From: the human T2T-CHM13v2.0 reference genome, Homo sapiens
DNA length: 64,000 nucleotides
Assembly (NCBI RefSeq): GCF_009914755.1
Contig: NC_060946.1
Strand: one strand, 5' to 3'
Shown one piece after another: positions 13,695 to 28,385 of the stretch; position 1 is the stretch's first letter; each line of letters opens with the position of its first letter. The notes beneath the pieces are model-generated. The model searched no databases. It was not told where the DNA came from and was given only the letters and a program-made list of their open reading frames with translations. The position numbers were made by a program, and so were the translations under genes.

Positions 13695-13988
13695 GGCCGG
13701 GCACGGTGGCTTGCGCCTATAATCCCAGCACTTTGGGAGGCCAGGGCAGGCACATCATGAGGTCAGGAGATTGAGACCATGCTGGCTAACACAGTGAAAC
13801 CCCGTCTCTACTAAAAATACAAAAAAATTAGCCAGGCATGGTGGTGGGCACCCGTAGTCCCAGCTACTCAGGAGGCTGAGGCAGGAGAATGGTGTGAACC
13901 CAGGAGGGGGAGCTTGCAGTGAGCCGAGATTGCGCCACTGCACTCCAGCCTGGGCAACAGAGCGAGACTCCATCTCAAAAAAAAAAAA
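13695..13988 (+). mobile_element. AluY-like element inside L1
   Basis: AluY-type diagnostics (GGAGATTGAGACCAT..TGGCTAAC, GGAGAATGGTGTGAACC, GAGCTTGCAG). Confidence 0.92.
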
Positions 13989-14852
13989 GCAAACAGTAGA
14001 TCTAAAAGGATCAACAGACTGCAACACAAATAATATTAGAGGACTTTAATACCCTATTCTCAGTAATGGACAGATCATCCAGACAGAAAATCAACAAAGA
14101 AACATCAGAGTTAAACTACACCCTAGACCTAACAGGCCTAACTGACATTTATGAAACATTTTACCCAACTGCTCCAGAACATAAGCTCTTTTCTTCAGCA
14201 CAAGGGCCGTTGTCCAGAACAAACCATATCTTAGTCCACAAAATGAGTCTTAACCAATTCAAAAAAGTAGAACTAATATAAAGTATCTTTTTGGACCACA
14301 ATGGACTGCAACTAGGAATCAATAACAAAAGGAACCTTGGAAAGTTCACAAACACATGGAAATTAAACGACATGCTCCGGAACAACCAATGGGTCAATGA
14401 AAGAAATTAAGAAGGAAATTTAAAAATTTCTTGAAACAAATGAAAATGGAAATACAACATATGAAAATCTATGGGATACAGCAAAAACAGTGCTAAGAAG
14501 GAAGTCTATAGCAATAAATGCCTACATCAAAAAAGTAGGAAGACTTCAAATAAACAACCTAACAAGGCACCTCAAGGAACTAGAGAAGCAGGAATAAACC
14601 CAAACCCAAAATTAGTAGGAGGAAAAAATAATAAAGATCAGAGAGAACTAAACAAATGAGAGACTAAAAAAGCAATACAAAGGATCGATAAAACAAAAAG
14701 TTGGTTTTTTGAAAAGATAAAAAAAAATTGACAAACTTTTGGTTAAACTAAGAAAAGAAAATGAGAGATGACCCAAATAACATCAGAAACAAACAAAAAA
14801 TAGACATAACAACAGAGACTACAGAAATACAAAGAATCATTAGAGACTATTA

Positions 14853-15431
<579 letters not shown>

Positions 15432-17502
15432 TCATTCTATGAGGCCAGCAGTACCCTGATACCAAAACCAGACAAGGACACAACAAAAAAGAAAACTACA
15501 GGCAAATATCACTAATGAATATAGATACAAAAATTCTTAACAAAATACTAATAAACCCAATTCAGCAACACATTAAAAAGATCATTCACCATGATAAGTG
15601 AGGTTCATCTCAATGATGTAAGGATGATTCAGTATAAACAAATCAATAAACATGATGCATCACATCAACAGAATGAAGAACAAAAACCATATGATTATTT
15701 CAATCAATAGATGCAGAAAAAGTATTCAATAACATTTAACATCCCTGGAACATACCTCAACATAATAAAGGCCATATATAAGAAACCCACAGCTAACATT
15801 GTACTGAACAGGGAAAAATTGAAGGCCTTACCTCTAAGATCTGGAACAAGATAAGAATGCCTGCTTTCACCACTTATATTCAATATAGTATTGGAAGTCC
15901 TGGCCAGAGCAGTTAGGTAACAGAAGAAATAAAGGGCATCCAAATTGGAAAGAAAGAAGTGAAATTAGCCTTGTTTGCAGATGACATGCTCTTATACTTA
16001 GAAAAACCCAAATATTCCACAAAAAATTGTTAGAACTTATTAACAAATTTAGTAAAGCTGGAGGATGTAAAATCAACATACAAAATTCAGTAGCACTTAT
16101 ATATGCTAACAATGCACAACCTGAAAAAGAAATCATAAAAGCAATCCCATTTACAATAGCTACAAGAAATATAGCATACCTAGGAATAAATTTAACCAAA
16201 AAAGTGGAAGATTTATACAAGAAAAACCACAAAACACTGATGAAAGAAATTGAAGAGGACCTAAAAAATTGGAAAGATTTTCAATGCTCAATGACGATAG
16301 TACCAAAAGCAATTTAGGATTCAATGCAATCCCTATCAAAATATCAATGACATTCTTCAGAGAAGTAGAAAAAACAATCCTAAAATTTATATGGAATCAC
16401 AAGAGACACTGAATAGCCAAAGAAGTCCTGAGAAAAAAAGAATAAAGCTGAAGGCATCACACTACCTCACTTTAAAATTTACTACAAAACTAGAGTAACC
16501 AAATCAGCGTGAATAAAAAAACAGATGCACAGACCAATGGAACAGAATAGAGAACCCAGATATAAATCCACATATTTACAGCCAACTCATCTTTGGCTGT
16601 AAAAGGTGCCAAGACACACAATGAAAAAAAGACAGTCTCTCCAATAAGTGGTGCTGGGAAAACTGGATAACTATAGGAAAAGAATGAAATTAGATCCCTA
16701 TCTCTCGCTATACACAAAAACCAAATGAAAATGGATTAAAGACTTAAGCCTAAGACTTGACACTATGAAACTACTGAAGAAAACATTGGGGAAACACTCT
16801 AGGACATGGGCCTGGGCAAAGATTTTTTGTGTTAAGACCACAAAATCTCAGGCAACCAAAGCAAATTTAGACAAATGGAATTACATCAAGCTAAAAAGCT
16901 TCTGCACAGCAAAGGAAACAGTAAACAAAGTGAAGAGGCAACCCACAGAATGGGACAAAATATTTGCAAACTACCCATCTGACAAGGGATTAATAATCAG
17001 AATATATTAGGAGCTCAAACAACTCATTAGCAAAAAAAGATATGATTAAAAATGGGCAAAAGATCTTAATAAACATTTCTCAAAAGAAGACAGACACATG
17101 GCCAACAGGTATATGAAAAAAAATGCTCAACATCACTAAACACTCGAGAAATGTAAATCAAAACTACAATGAGATATCATCTCACTCCAGTTAAAATGGC
17201 TGTTATCCAAAGACGGGCAGTAATGAGCGCTGGTGAGAATGTGGAGAAAGGGTAACTGGCGTATACTGTTGGTGGGAATGTAAAAACAGTACTGCCACTA
17301 TGGAGAACAGTATGGAGGTTCCTCAACAAATTAAAAATAGATCTACCATATGATCCAGCAATTCTACTACTGAGTATATAACCAAAAGAAAGGAAATCAA
17401 TACAACAAAAAGATATTTGCATGCCCATGTTTATTGCAGCACTATTCACAACAGCCAACATATAGAATCAACCTAAGTGCCCACCAATGATGAAGAAAAT
17501 GC

Positions 17503-17518
17503 GCTCTCTCTCTCTCTG

Positions 17519-17559
<41 letters not shown>
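17503..17559. repeat. (CT)n/(CA)n microsatellite
   Basis: Directly visible. Confidence 0.97.
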
Positions 17560-17562
<3 letters not shown>

Positions 17563-19406
17563 AATATTCAGCCATAAAAGAGAATGAAATCTTGTCATTT
17601 GCAGCAACATGGATGGAACCGTAGGTCATCATTTTACATCAAATAAGCCAGGCACAGAAACACAAATATCTCATGTTCTCACTCATATGTGGGAACTAAA
17701 AAAGTGGATCTCATGAAGATGGAGAGTAGAGTGGAAGTTACCAGGGGCTGGGAAGGGTGGAGTGGGGATGCAGGGAAGTTGATTAATGGGCACAAATATG
17801 TACAGTTTGATAGAATAAATAAGACCTCATGTTAGATAGATCAGTAGAGTGACTATAGTTTACAATAATCTATTGTATATTTCAAAACGGCTAGAAGAGA
17901 AGAATTCAAATGGTTCTAGCATAAAGACAAGTATTTGAGGTGATGGATATCCCAAGTACACTGATTTGATTTTTACAAATTATATAAATGTATCAACTTA
18001 TCACATGTGCCTTGAAACTGTGTATATTTATTATATATCAATTAAAAAATAAAATGGTGGATTAAGACAACAGATTAACCCCAGTTGAAGAGGAAATTGT
18101 GAACTGAAAGATGCAAAGAAATGATTAAAAAATACAGCACAGAGCTCAAAGAGATAGAAAATATGGAAGCTGAATTAAGAGAAATGCTGATGGAGTGAGG
18201 TCTAACATCACATCTAATCAGAGTTCCAGCCCTCCTCAAGTCTGAGTACCTGCCCCATTCCACATCAGCCACTCTGTATTTGAAAGGTTCCCCGATATAT
18301 CCGGTGCCATCTCACCTCTGTGATTTCACCCTGGCTGCTCTCTCATCTTGGGCAGCTCTTTTATTTCTTTCCCTTTTCTTATCTGGAAGTCGGCTTTGAT
18401 CTGCTTTGATCTTCCCCCACACCCTCTGAGCTCAGCTCCTCTAGGGTGTTGGAACAGAGGGTGGAGAGTAAAAGAGACAACTATCTCTCTTTCTCATCTG
18501 GCCATGGTTGTAGTCACCTTTGTGTTGGTTGTTGCTGCCTCTTTGGCTAATGTGGCCATCCATGCCGTCTGTATGGCGGGTCCAAATGCTGGCTTTCTCA
18601 TAGGTTAAACATGAGAGTTCTTTAGGGTAACTTGGAAAGGCCCCTAACCTCCCAGTCCCCAAACATGAGACATCCAAGCCTGGTTCAACTTGTTCAACTT
18701 ATTCCGACCCCCTCCCCAATTTTTAATCTTCGCATCTAGCACCTTGGGACTGGGTGACTGACCAGTGCTGGAGGAAATTCACAATGTCATTTCATAGTGC
18801 CTAGGTCATCTGGGGTCTCAGGAGTGCCCATAAATCCTTTGGCTCAGCCTTGGCTCTTTGATTTCTCTCAAAGACAATTTCAAACCCTCTCTGCTCGTCT
18901 CAAGTACTTTTGTCAACTTGACCTTTCCCTCTTCACTTTTGGTAGATGACCTTCTTTCCTATTCATCAAGAAAAGAGAGGCTTTTAAACTGATCCACTTC
19001 AGCTTCTCATCCTACTGCTTATAAAATGAACCACGCCCATAGTATTCCTTCCCTTCAGACCTGAGGTTCAGAAACCTCCTTTCTATCCAGGCCTGTCCTG
19101 CCATCTGTCACAGAAAAAACCCACTCAAGTCCATTCTACTCCCTGTCTTCAACTTTTTCTCATTAGCTTTCTCCCCCTAGCTCACAGAGATGCTCAGTCT
19201 CTTCCATTTTATTTCTTCCCATCTTTAAGGTATGTGACACAAATTATATATATTTACGGTGTACAATGTGATGTTTTGATCGTATATACATCGTGAAGTG
19301 ATTAAATCAAACTAACGAATATCTACCACCTCATATACTTATCATTTTTGGTGAACATTTAAGATCTACCCTCTTAGCAATTTTCAAGTATTACAATACA
19401 TTTTTA

Positions 19407-19598
19407 CTTTCAAGTGCAGAGTGGCTGACGTGGAATGGGGCAGGTATTCAGACTTGAAGGAGGGCTGCAACTCTGATTAGATATGATGTTAGACCTCACT
19501 CCATCAGCATTTCTCTTAATCTGACTTCCATATTTTCTCTCTCTTTGATCTCTGTGCTAAATTTTTGAATAATTTCTTGGCACCTATCTTTCAGTTCA
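19407..19598 (-). repeat. Inverted duplicate of 18100-18286
   Basis: Reverse complement aligns at about 90% identity over ~190 bp (manual alignment). Confidence 0.93.
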
Positions 19599-19896
19599 GC
19601 TGTACAATAGATCTCCAGGACATGTTCATCTGAAGTGAAACTTTATACACTTTAACCAACATCTCTCCAATCCCCTCACCACCCAGCCCCTGGCAACCAC
19701 CACACTACTCTCTGCTTCTGTGAGCTCGACTGTTTTAGATTCCACACACAAGTTAGATCATGCACTATTTGTCTTTCTGTGCCTGGCTTATTTCACTTAG
19801 CATAATGTCTTCCAGGTTTATTCATGTTGTCACAAATGACAGGATTTTTTTAAAAAGACTGAATAGTATTCCATTACACACGTGCATGTGCACACA

Positions 19897-22062
19897 CACG
19901 CATACCTCATTTTATTGTGTTTCTCAGATATTACGGTTTTTCAAAAAACAAAATTGAAGGTCTGTGGCAACCCTGAATCTAGCAAGTCTGTCAGTGCCAT
20001 TTTTCCAACAGCTTGTCACTTCATGTCTCTGTCATATTTTGGTAATTCTCACATTTCAAACTTTTCCACTATTATAATATCTGTTGTGGTGATGTGTGAT
20101 CAGTGACCTTAGATTCCTTAGATTTTTCTACAGTAATCATTTTGGGGTGCCATGAATCTCTCCCACATAAGACAGTGAACTTAATCGATAAATGCTGTGT
20201 GTGTTCTGATGTTTCCACCGACCAGCCATCCCTCATCTCTCTCTCCCTCTTCTCCAGCCTCCCTATTCCCTGAGACACAACAGTATTGAAATTCAGCCAT
20301 TAATAATCCTACAGTGGTCTCTAAGTATTCAAGTGAAAGGAAGAGTCATGTGTTTCTTAGGTTAAATTAAAAGAGAAAAACAATTAAGCTTAGTGAGGAA
20401 GGCATATTGAAGGCTGAGAGACCAAAAGCTAGGCCTCTTGTACCAACACTTAGCCAAGCTGTGAATGCAATGGAAAAGTTCCCGAAGGAATTAAAAGTGC
20501 TACTCTAGAAAACACAAGAATAATAAGAAAGTGAAACAGCCTTATTGTTGATATGGAAAAAGTCTGAGTGGTCCAAATAGATCAAACCAGCCCCAACATT
20601 CCCTTAAGCCAAAGCCTAATCCAGAGCAAGGCCCTAGCTCTCTTCAATTCTATGAAGGTTGAGAGAGATGAGCAAGCTGCAGAAGAAAAGTCTGAAGCTA
20701 GCAGAAGTTGGTTCATGAGGTTTAAGGAAAGAAACCAACTCCCTAACATAAAAATACAAGGTAAAGCAGCAAGTGCTGATACAGAAACTATAGCAAGGTA
20801 TCCAGAAGATTAGATAATTGATGATGGTGGCTACACTAAACAACAGATTTTCAATGTAGATGAAACAGGCTTTTGTTGGCAAAAGATGCAACTGGTAACT
20901 TTAAGTGGAAGCCAATTGCTCCTTTCCCATTCCAAAAATTCTAAGGCCCTTAAGATTCCTTTCAAAATATTACTGCTCATTGACAATGCACCTGGTCACC
21001 CAAGAGCTCTGATGGAGATGTACAAGGAGATTAATGTTGTTTTCATGCCTGCTAACACAATGTCCATTCTGCAGCCCATGGATCAAAAAGTCATTTTGAC
21101 TTTCAAGTCTTATTATTTAAGAAATATATTTTGTAAGGTTATAGCTGCCTTAGACAGTGATTCCTCTTATGGATCTGGGCAAAGTAAATTAAAAACCTTC
21201 TGAAAAGGATTCACCATTCTAGATGTCATTAAGAACATTTGTGATTTATGGGAGATCAAATTATCAATATTAACAGGAGTTTGGAAGAAGTGGATTCCAA
21301 CCCTCATGGATGACTTTGAGGGGCTCAAGACTTCAGTGGAGGAAGAAACTGCAGATGTGGTGGAAATAGCAAGAGAACTAGAATTAAAAGTGGAGCCTGA
21401 AGATGTGACTGGATTGCTGTAATCTCATGATCAAACTTGAACGAATGAGGAATTGCTTCTTATGGATGAGCAAAGAAAGTGGTTTAGGAGATGGAATCTA
21501 TTAGTGAAGACGCTGTGAACATTGTTGCAATGTCATCAAGGAACTCAGAATATTACATAAATGTAGTTGATACAGCACTGTCAGGGTTTGAGAGGATTGA
21601 CCCCAATTTTGAAAGAAGTTCTACTGTATGTAAAATGCTACCAAACAGCATTGCATGCTACAGAGAAATCTTTTGTGAAAGGAAGAGTCAAATGACCTGG
21701 CAAACTTCATCATCTCATTTTTTTTAATTGCTGCAGCCCCCACCCCCAACCTTCAGTAGCCACCATCCTGATCCATCAGCAGCATCAACATGGAGGAAAG
21801 ACCCTCCACCAGCAAAGAGATTACAACTCACTGAGGGCTCAGATGATTGTTAGCCTTTTTTAGCAACAAAGTGTTTTTTAATTAAGGTGTATACATTGTA
21901 TTTTACATATAATGCTACTGCACATTAGTAGACTGTAGTATGGTGTAAACATAACTTCTACATGCAGTGGGAGACCAGAAAATATGTGTGACTCTTTATT
22001 GCAATGTTGGCTTTATTGCGGTGGTCTGGAATGGAACCCATAATACATCCAAGGTATGCTTG
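19897..22062 (+). mobile_element. Tigger1 DNA transposon, near full length, with dead pogo-family transposase
   Basis: Termini CACGCATACCTC...AAGGTATGCTTG; transposase fragments ([37 protein letters not shown]). Confidence 0.95.
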
Positions 22063-22529
22063 TGTATGTATGCATCACATTTTCTTATCTATCCATCTAC
22101 TGATGGACAGCTAGACTGGTTCCATATCTTCACTACTGTGAATAATGTTGCAATGAACACAAGAGTGCAGGTATCTCTTCAACATACTGATTTCAATACC
22201 TTTGGATATATACACGGTAGTTCTATTTTTATCTCTTCCATTTTAAATACATAGGCCCTTTTCATTATTGTGTTTCATCTTTCTCTTGCTCCCCTCACCA
22301 AATACACTGAAAAAAATTTCTCAATTGAATTTTTTTTCTTCCTTAACTCCTCAAAACACCATAATCTGGCTTCCATTCGTACCTTTCAACTGAAGCTGCC
22401 CTCTGTTAGGCCATCACTGATGTTTTAATTGGTAACTCCAATGGGAAATGTTCAGTCCTTAGGCCTCAGGACATCTCTGTGGCATTTAACATTGACTGAT
22501 TCCTCTCTTCCCTCTTCACCCTTCATTTT

Positions 22530-23405
22530 TTACATTCATTCATTCAAAATATATTTCTTAGGCAGTTTGTCATATTCAGGTACTAAATTATTCTGGGTAC
22601 TAATTCTAGGTACTATTACTCTAGGTACTAAAAATACAACAGTGGACAAAAAGACAAAGTCTTTGCCCTCTTAAAGCTTACATTACAGTGGGGGAAGAAC
22701 AAATGTGAACAACTGAACAAGTATTTATATAAAAGCAGTTAGGCAGTGACAAGTTTTATGGAGGAAAACAAAGCAGCCAAGGGGTATAGGGAAAGCTGGG
22801 GAATGAGCAGGCTGGTGGGGAATGAGCAGGAAGGGGTGGGGCAGTGTGACTGTTTTATATAGGGTGATCGGAGGCCTCACTGTTAAGGTGTCATTTGAGC
22901 AGTAAACCAAAGGAGGTGAGAGAGAAAATCATGTGGATCAGTGGAGGGCAGAGTGTTCTAGTTGGAGGGAAGAGTCACTGCAGAGACCCACAGGCAGGAG
23001 GGGGCTGGACACGTTCCAGGAACACCAACAGGTCTAAGATGGCTGTGGCTGAATGTGCAGAAGGAGAAGGGGTGGGAGAGGAAGTCAGAAAGACAGTTGA
23101 CAGTCAGATCAAAGATGTCCTTGTGTGAGATGAGAAGTCCCTGGGAGGTGCTTAAGCAAAGGAATGGCATGGTATGTCTTCTTTTTCATAAAATCACTTT
23201 GGCTTTTATGTGAAGAGGGCTCCATGGAGCACAGGGAGAAGCAGGGTCACAGGTTAGGAGGCTGCTGCAATAATTCATGGAGGCAACAATGGTGGACAGG
23301 ATATCTTGATCCTGCAACTGCAGTGGAGGTGATCTGATTCTGGACATGTTTCGAAGGTAGAGCTGGTAGGAGAGAAAGAATTGAGTCAGGGATGACTCTG
23401 AGGTT
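22530..23405. mobile_element. L2a-type fragment
   Basis: CATTCATTCATTCAAAATATATT start and typical L2 3'-region motifs. Confidence 0.7.
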
Positions 23406-24129
23406 TGGGCTGGATGCACCTCTATTCCAGGTGGCTATTTTTGACACCTTCTTCTCAGACCTCTCATATCTTTCTGCTGAGGTCTTTCTGCCCTCCAGGC
23501 AGCCCTACTGGACAAGCCTCTATGACAACCATGACAGTTCTCTCCTACATAACTCACATCTGTGCAGCCCTTGCTTTGACCAGCTTGGGGCACAGGCCAG
23601 TCCCAACTCACCAGGCTTCTGTGGCTTCACCACCAAAGAGCTACTGGTCAGATCGTCTGTTTCCCAGGTTAGAATCAGACCCTGACTACACTCCCAGGCA
23701 TGAGTTAGGCACTAGTTCTTGGTGTCTCCAATTCCAGGGAACCTATTTCAAAGCCTCTCTCACTAGGGTTGGGATTAGCAAGTAGCGGTCTTCCCACTGC
23801 TTCCCCACAAGGGAGTTGGGTGAAGACTCACAACATGGTAATAGCTCCTTCCTAAGAAATCTCATCACCTACCTCCTCACACTAGATTCTCCCTCTTCCA
23901 CCACACTGTCCCTTTATAATATTTTCAAACTGTGTGAGTGGGTGGGTGAGAATGTGTGTACGTGGCGAGGGCAGGGCTCAATAATCATGGGGCAGGTTTT
24001 CATCCATTTCCTTTAAAAATCTCCACATGTGGATTTGATATCTGATATATATTTTATTAGTAGTATCCACAGCAAAAGAGAAAAAGAATCCCATTTTAAT
24101 ATCCTAATACATATAGATAGCCTGGTAGA

Positions 24130-24369
24130 GTCTAAAGTTATATATATTATATATATATATAATTTTAAAGATATAAAGTCTAATATCTTTAGACTATATA
24201 TTTAGACTATATAGTTTTAGAGTATATTTAGACTATAGTCTAGACTATATATAGTTTTAGACTATATAGTTAGACTACATAATTTTATATATAAAGATAT
24301 ATTAAATATATATAAAGATATATTAAAAATATATGAAGATATATTAAAGATTAGACTTCATATCTTTAA
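24130..24369. repeat. AT-rich quasi-palindromic low-complexity block (TAGACTATA / AAAGATATATT units)
   Basis: Internal perfect palindromes and bounding imperfect inverted arms are visible. Confidence 0.85.
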
Positions 24370-24379
24370 CATCATAATT

Positions 24380-24673
<294 letters not shown>

Positions 24674-24708
24674 TAACATTATAATTAAATCACAATTATA
24701 TATGTAAT

Positions 24709-25327
24709 TTTATTTTAACTTTTATTTTTGGTTCAGAACACAGGTTTGTTATATAGATAAGCTTGTGACTTGGGTTTGGTGTACAGATCATTTTGTCGCC
24801 TGGGTACTATGCTCAGTTTTTTTGTTTGTTTGTTTTGTTTTTCCTGAACTTCTCCCTTCTCCCACCCTCCTCCCTCAAGTAGGCCCTAGTGTCTATTCTT
24901 CCTCTCTTTCTGTCCATGTGTTCTCATTATTTACCTCCCACTTATAAGTGAGAATATGCGGTATTTGGTTTTCTGTTCCTGCATTAGTTTGCTAAGGATA
25001 ATGGTCCCCAGCTCCAACCATGTTCCTGCAAAGGACATGATCTCATTCTTTTTTATGGCTGCACAGTATTCCATGGTGTATATGTACCACATTTTCTTTA
25101 TCCAGTCTACTGCTGATGGGGATTTAGGTTGATTCCATGTCTTTTCTATTGTGAATAGTGCTGCAATGAACATACGTGTACATGTGTCTTTATGGCAGGA
25201 TGATTTATATTCCTTTGGGTATATATCCAGTAGTGGGATTGCTGGGCCAATGGTAGTTCTGTTTTAGTTCTTTGAGGAATCGCCACACTGTCTTCCACAA
25301 TGATTGGACTAATTTACACTCCCACCC
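24709..25327 (-). mobile_element. L1PA-type (older primate) 3' fragment
   Basis: ORF MFIAALFTIEKTWNQPK...WIKKMWYIYTMEY matches the L1 ORF2 C-terminus; followed by L1PA-like 3'UTR. Confidence 0.9.
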
Positions 25328-25570
25328 CACCTCTGAGACTTTAGACTCCTGTGACAAATTTACTCCTCCCTCCTCAGTTACATGCTATTGTTACCTCGCA
25401 TTTTAGTTCTTTTTCTAATACCACAAATTAGATGTTATAATGTTATTTTTTAATCTGTGATTTTTGTTTTTAATTATCTTAAGCCTTATGATCAAAAAAA
25501 TTGCAAATCTGTGCTGATGGTATATCTCCTTTACCTGCTAATGAGTTGGCAAAAAAAAAGCACCATTACC

Positions 25571-25740
25571 AGCTGGGTGCGGTGGCTCATGCCTGTAATC
25601 CCAGCACTTTGGGAGGCTGAGGTGAGAGGACTGCTTGAGCCCAGGAGGTGCACTAAACTCTTTCTCTATTGCAATTTCCCTGTCTTGACAAACTGGCTCT
25701 ATCTGGGCAGCAGGCAAGAAGAACCCATTGGGTAGTTACA
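25571..25740 (+). mobile_element. Chimera: first ~78 bp of an Alu fused to the last ~90 bp of an LTR8-like ERV1 LTR
   Basis: Alu sequence stops at CCCAGGAGGT; then AAACTCTTTCTCTATTGCAAT...GAACCCATTGGGTAGTTACA (recalled LTR8 3' end). Confidence 0.7.
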
Positions 25741-27496
25741 TCGTTTTTCTTTGAATGTCCGAGTATCCCATTGTGTATATATACCACGTTTTCTTTATCT
25801 AGTCATCTGTGATGGACAATTAGGTTGATTCCAAAGCTTTGCTATTGTGAATAATGCTTCAGTAAACACGGGGGTGCAGGTATCATTTTGATATAATGAT
25901 TTTCTTGCTTTTGGATAAATACCCAGAAGAGGGTTTGCTGGATCATATAGTAGGCCTATTTTTAGTTTTCTGAGAAATCTCCCTATAATTTTCCATAATG
26001 GCTGTACTAATTTACATTTCCACCAATAGTATATGAGGATTCCCCTTTCTCTGCATCCTCGCCAGCATTCATTATTCCCTATCTTTTTGATAAAAGCTAT
26101 TTAAACTAGGGTGAGATGATTTCTCATTGTAGTTTTTATTTGCATTTCCCTGATGACAATGATATTGACTATTTTTTTCATATACCTTTTGGCCATTTAT
26201 ATGTCTTTTATACTTTTTAATGTTTTTACAAGGGTGCCAATTACTCTATATGTATGTCTTCTTTTGAGAAATGTCTAATCATGTCCCTTGCTCACTTTTT
26301 AATGGGATTATTAGTTGTTTTTTTTTTTTTTGCTGTTGTTTGAGTTCCTTGAATATTCCAGATCCTAGTCCCTTGTTAGATTAATAATTTGCAAATATTT
26401 TCTCCTATTCAACAGGTTGTCTCTTCACCTTGTTCATTGTTTCCTTTGCTGTGTAGAAGCTTTTCAGTTTAACATAATCCCATTTGTCTATTTTTGTTTT
26501 TGTTACCTGTGCTTTTGAGGTCTTAGCCATAAAAATTTTGCCTAGACAAATGTCTTGAAGTGTTTCCCCTATGTTTTCTTCAAGTAGTTTTATAATTTTG
26601 GGTCTTACATTTAGCTCTTTAATCCGGGGTCTAGTTTCATCCTTCCGCATATGGATATCCAGTTTTCCCAGCACCATTTATTGAAGAAGGTGTTCATTCT
26701 CCAGTGTATATTCTTGGCATCTTTGTTGAAAATCAGTTGGCTGTAAATACATGGATTTATTTCTGTGTTCTCTCTCCTGTTCCATTGGTCTATGTGTCTG
26801 TTTTTATACCAATACCATGCTGTTTGGTTACTACAGCCTTGTAATATATTTTGAAGTCAGGTAGTGAAATGTCTCTCCTGGTTTGTTTTCTTTGCTCAGG
26901 ATCACTTCGGCTATTTGGACTCTTGTTTGGTTTCATGTGATTTTAGGATTGTCTTTTCCATTTCTGTAAAAAATGACACTGATATTTTGAGAGAGATTGC
27001 ATTGAATCTGTAAATTGCTATGGGTGGTATGATCATTTTAACAATTTTTATTTTTCCAATCTATAAGCGTTGGATGTCTTTCCATTTGTTTGTGTCCTCT
27101 TCAACTTCTTTCATCAGTGTTTTGTAGTTTTCCTTGTAGAGGTTTTTCACCGCCTTGGTTAAAATACTCCTAGGTATTTTATTTTATTTGTAGCTACGGT
27201 AAACGGGATTGTCTTCATGATTTCTTTTTAAGCTATTTCATTATTGGTGTATAGAAATGCTACTGATTTTTGTATGTTGATTTTTGTATCCTGCAGCTTT
27301 ATAGAATTTATCAGATCTAAGAGTTTTTTTGGTAGAGTCTTTAGGTTTTTCTAAATATAAGATCATGTCATCTGCAAAGACAAACAATTTTACTTCTTTT
27401 CCAATTTGGATGCCTTTTCTTTCTTTCTTTTGGTTGACTGCTTTGGCTTGGACTTCCAGTACTATGTTGAATAGGAGTGGTAAAAGTGGCATCCTT

Positions 27497-27878
<382 letters not shown>

Positions 27879-28385
27879 TCATATATGGCCTTTCTTATGT
27901 TGGGGTATATTCCTTCTGTGCCTAGTTTGTTCAGAGTTTTTTATCATGAAGCGTCATTGGATTTTATCAAACGCTTTTTTGACATCTATTAAGATAATAA
28001 TATGGCATTTGTCCTTCATTCCACTGATGTGGTATATATTTATTGATTTGCGTATATTGAATCACACTTGCATCCCTGGGATAAATTCTACTTGATCATG
28101 GTATATTATCTTTTTGATGTGCTGTTGGATTCAGTTTGCTAGTATTTTGTTGAGGATTTTTACAACTATGTTCATCAGGTATATTAGCCTGTAGTTTTCT
28201 TTTTGTCGTGTCATTCTCTGGCTTTAGAATCATGGTAATGCTTGTCTCCTAGAATGAGTTAGGGAGAATTTCCTCCTCTTGAGTTTTTTGGAATAGTGAG
28301 AGGAGAACTGGCGTTAGTTCTTCATAAGTTTGGTAGAATTTGGCAGCGAAGCCATCTGGTCCTGGGCTTTTCTTTATTAGAAGGC

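Larger units (their letters stand above)
19224..22230 (-). mobile_element. L1MA/MB 3' end, split by an inverted local copy and by Tigger1
   Basis: Reverse L1 3'UTR motifs (ATCTACCCTCTTAGCAATTTTCAAG, TGTGCCTGGCTTATTTCACTTAGCATAATG); resumes after 22062. Confidence 0.85.

Noticed and set aside
20568-21727. Transposase ORFs as a possible domesticated TIGD-like gene
   Set aside because: Broken into short pieces by stops, frameshifts and deletions
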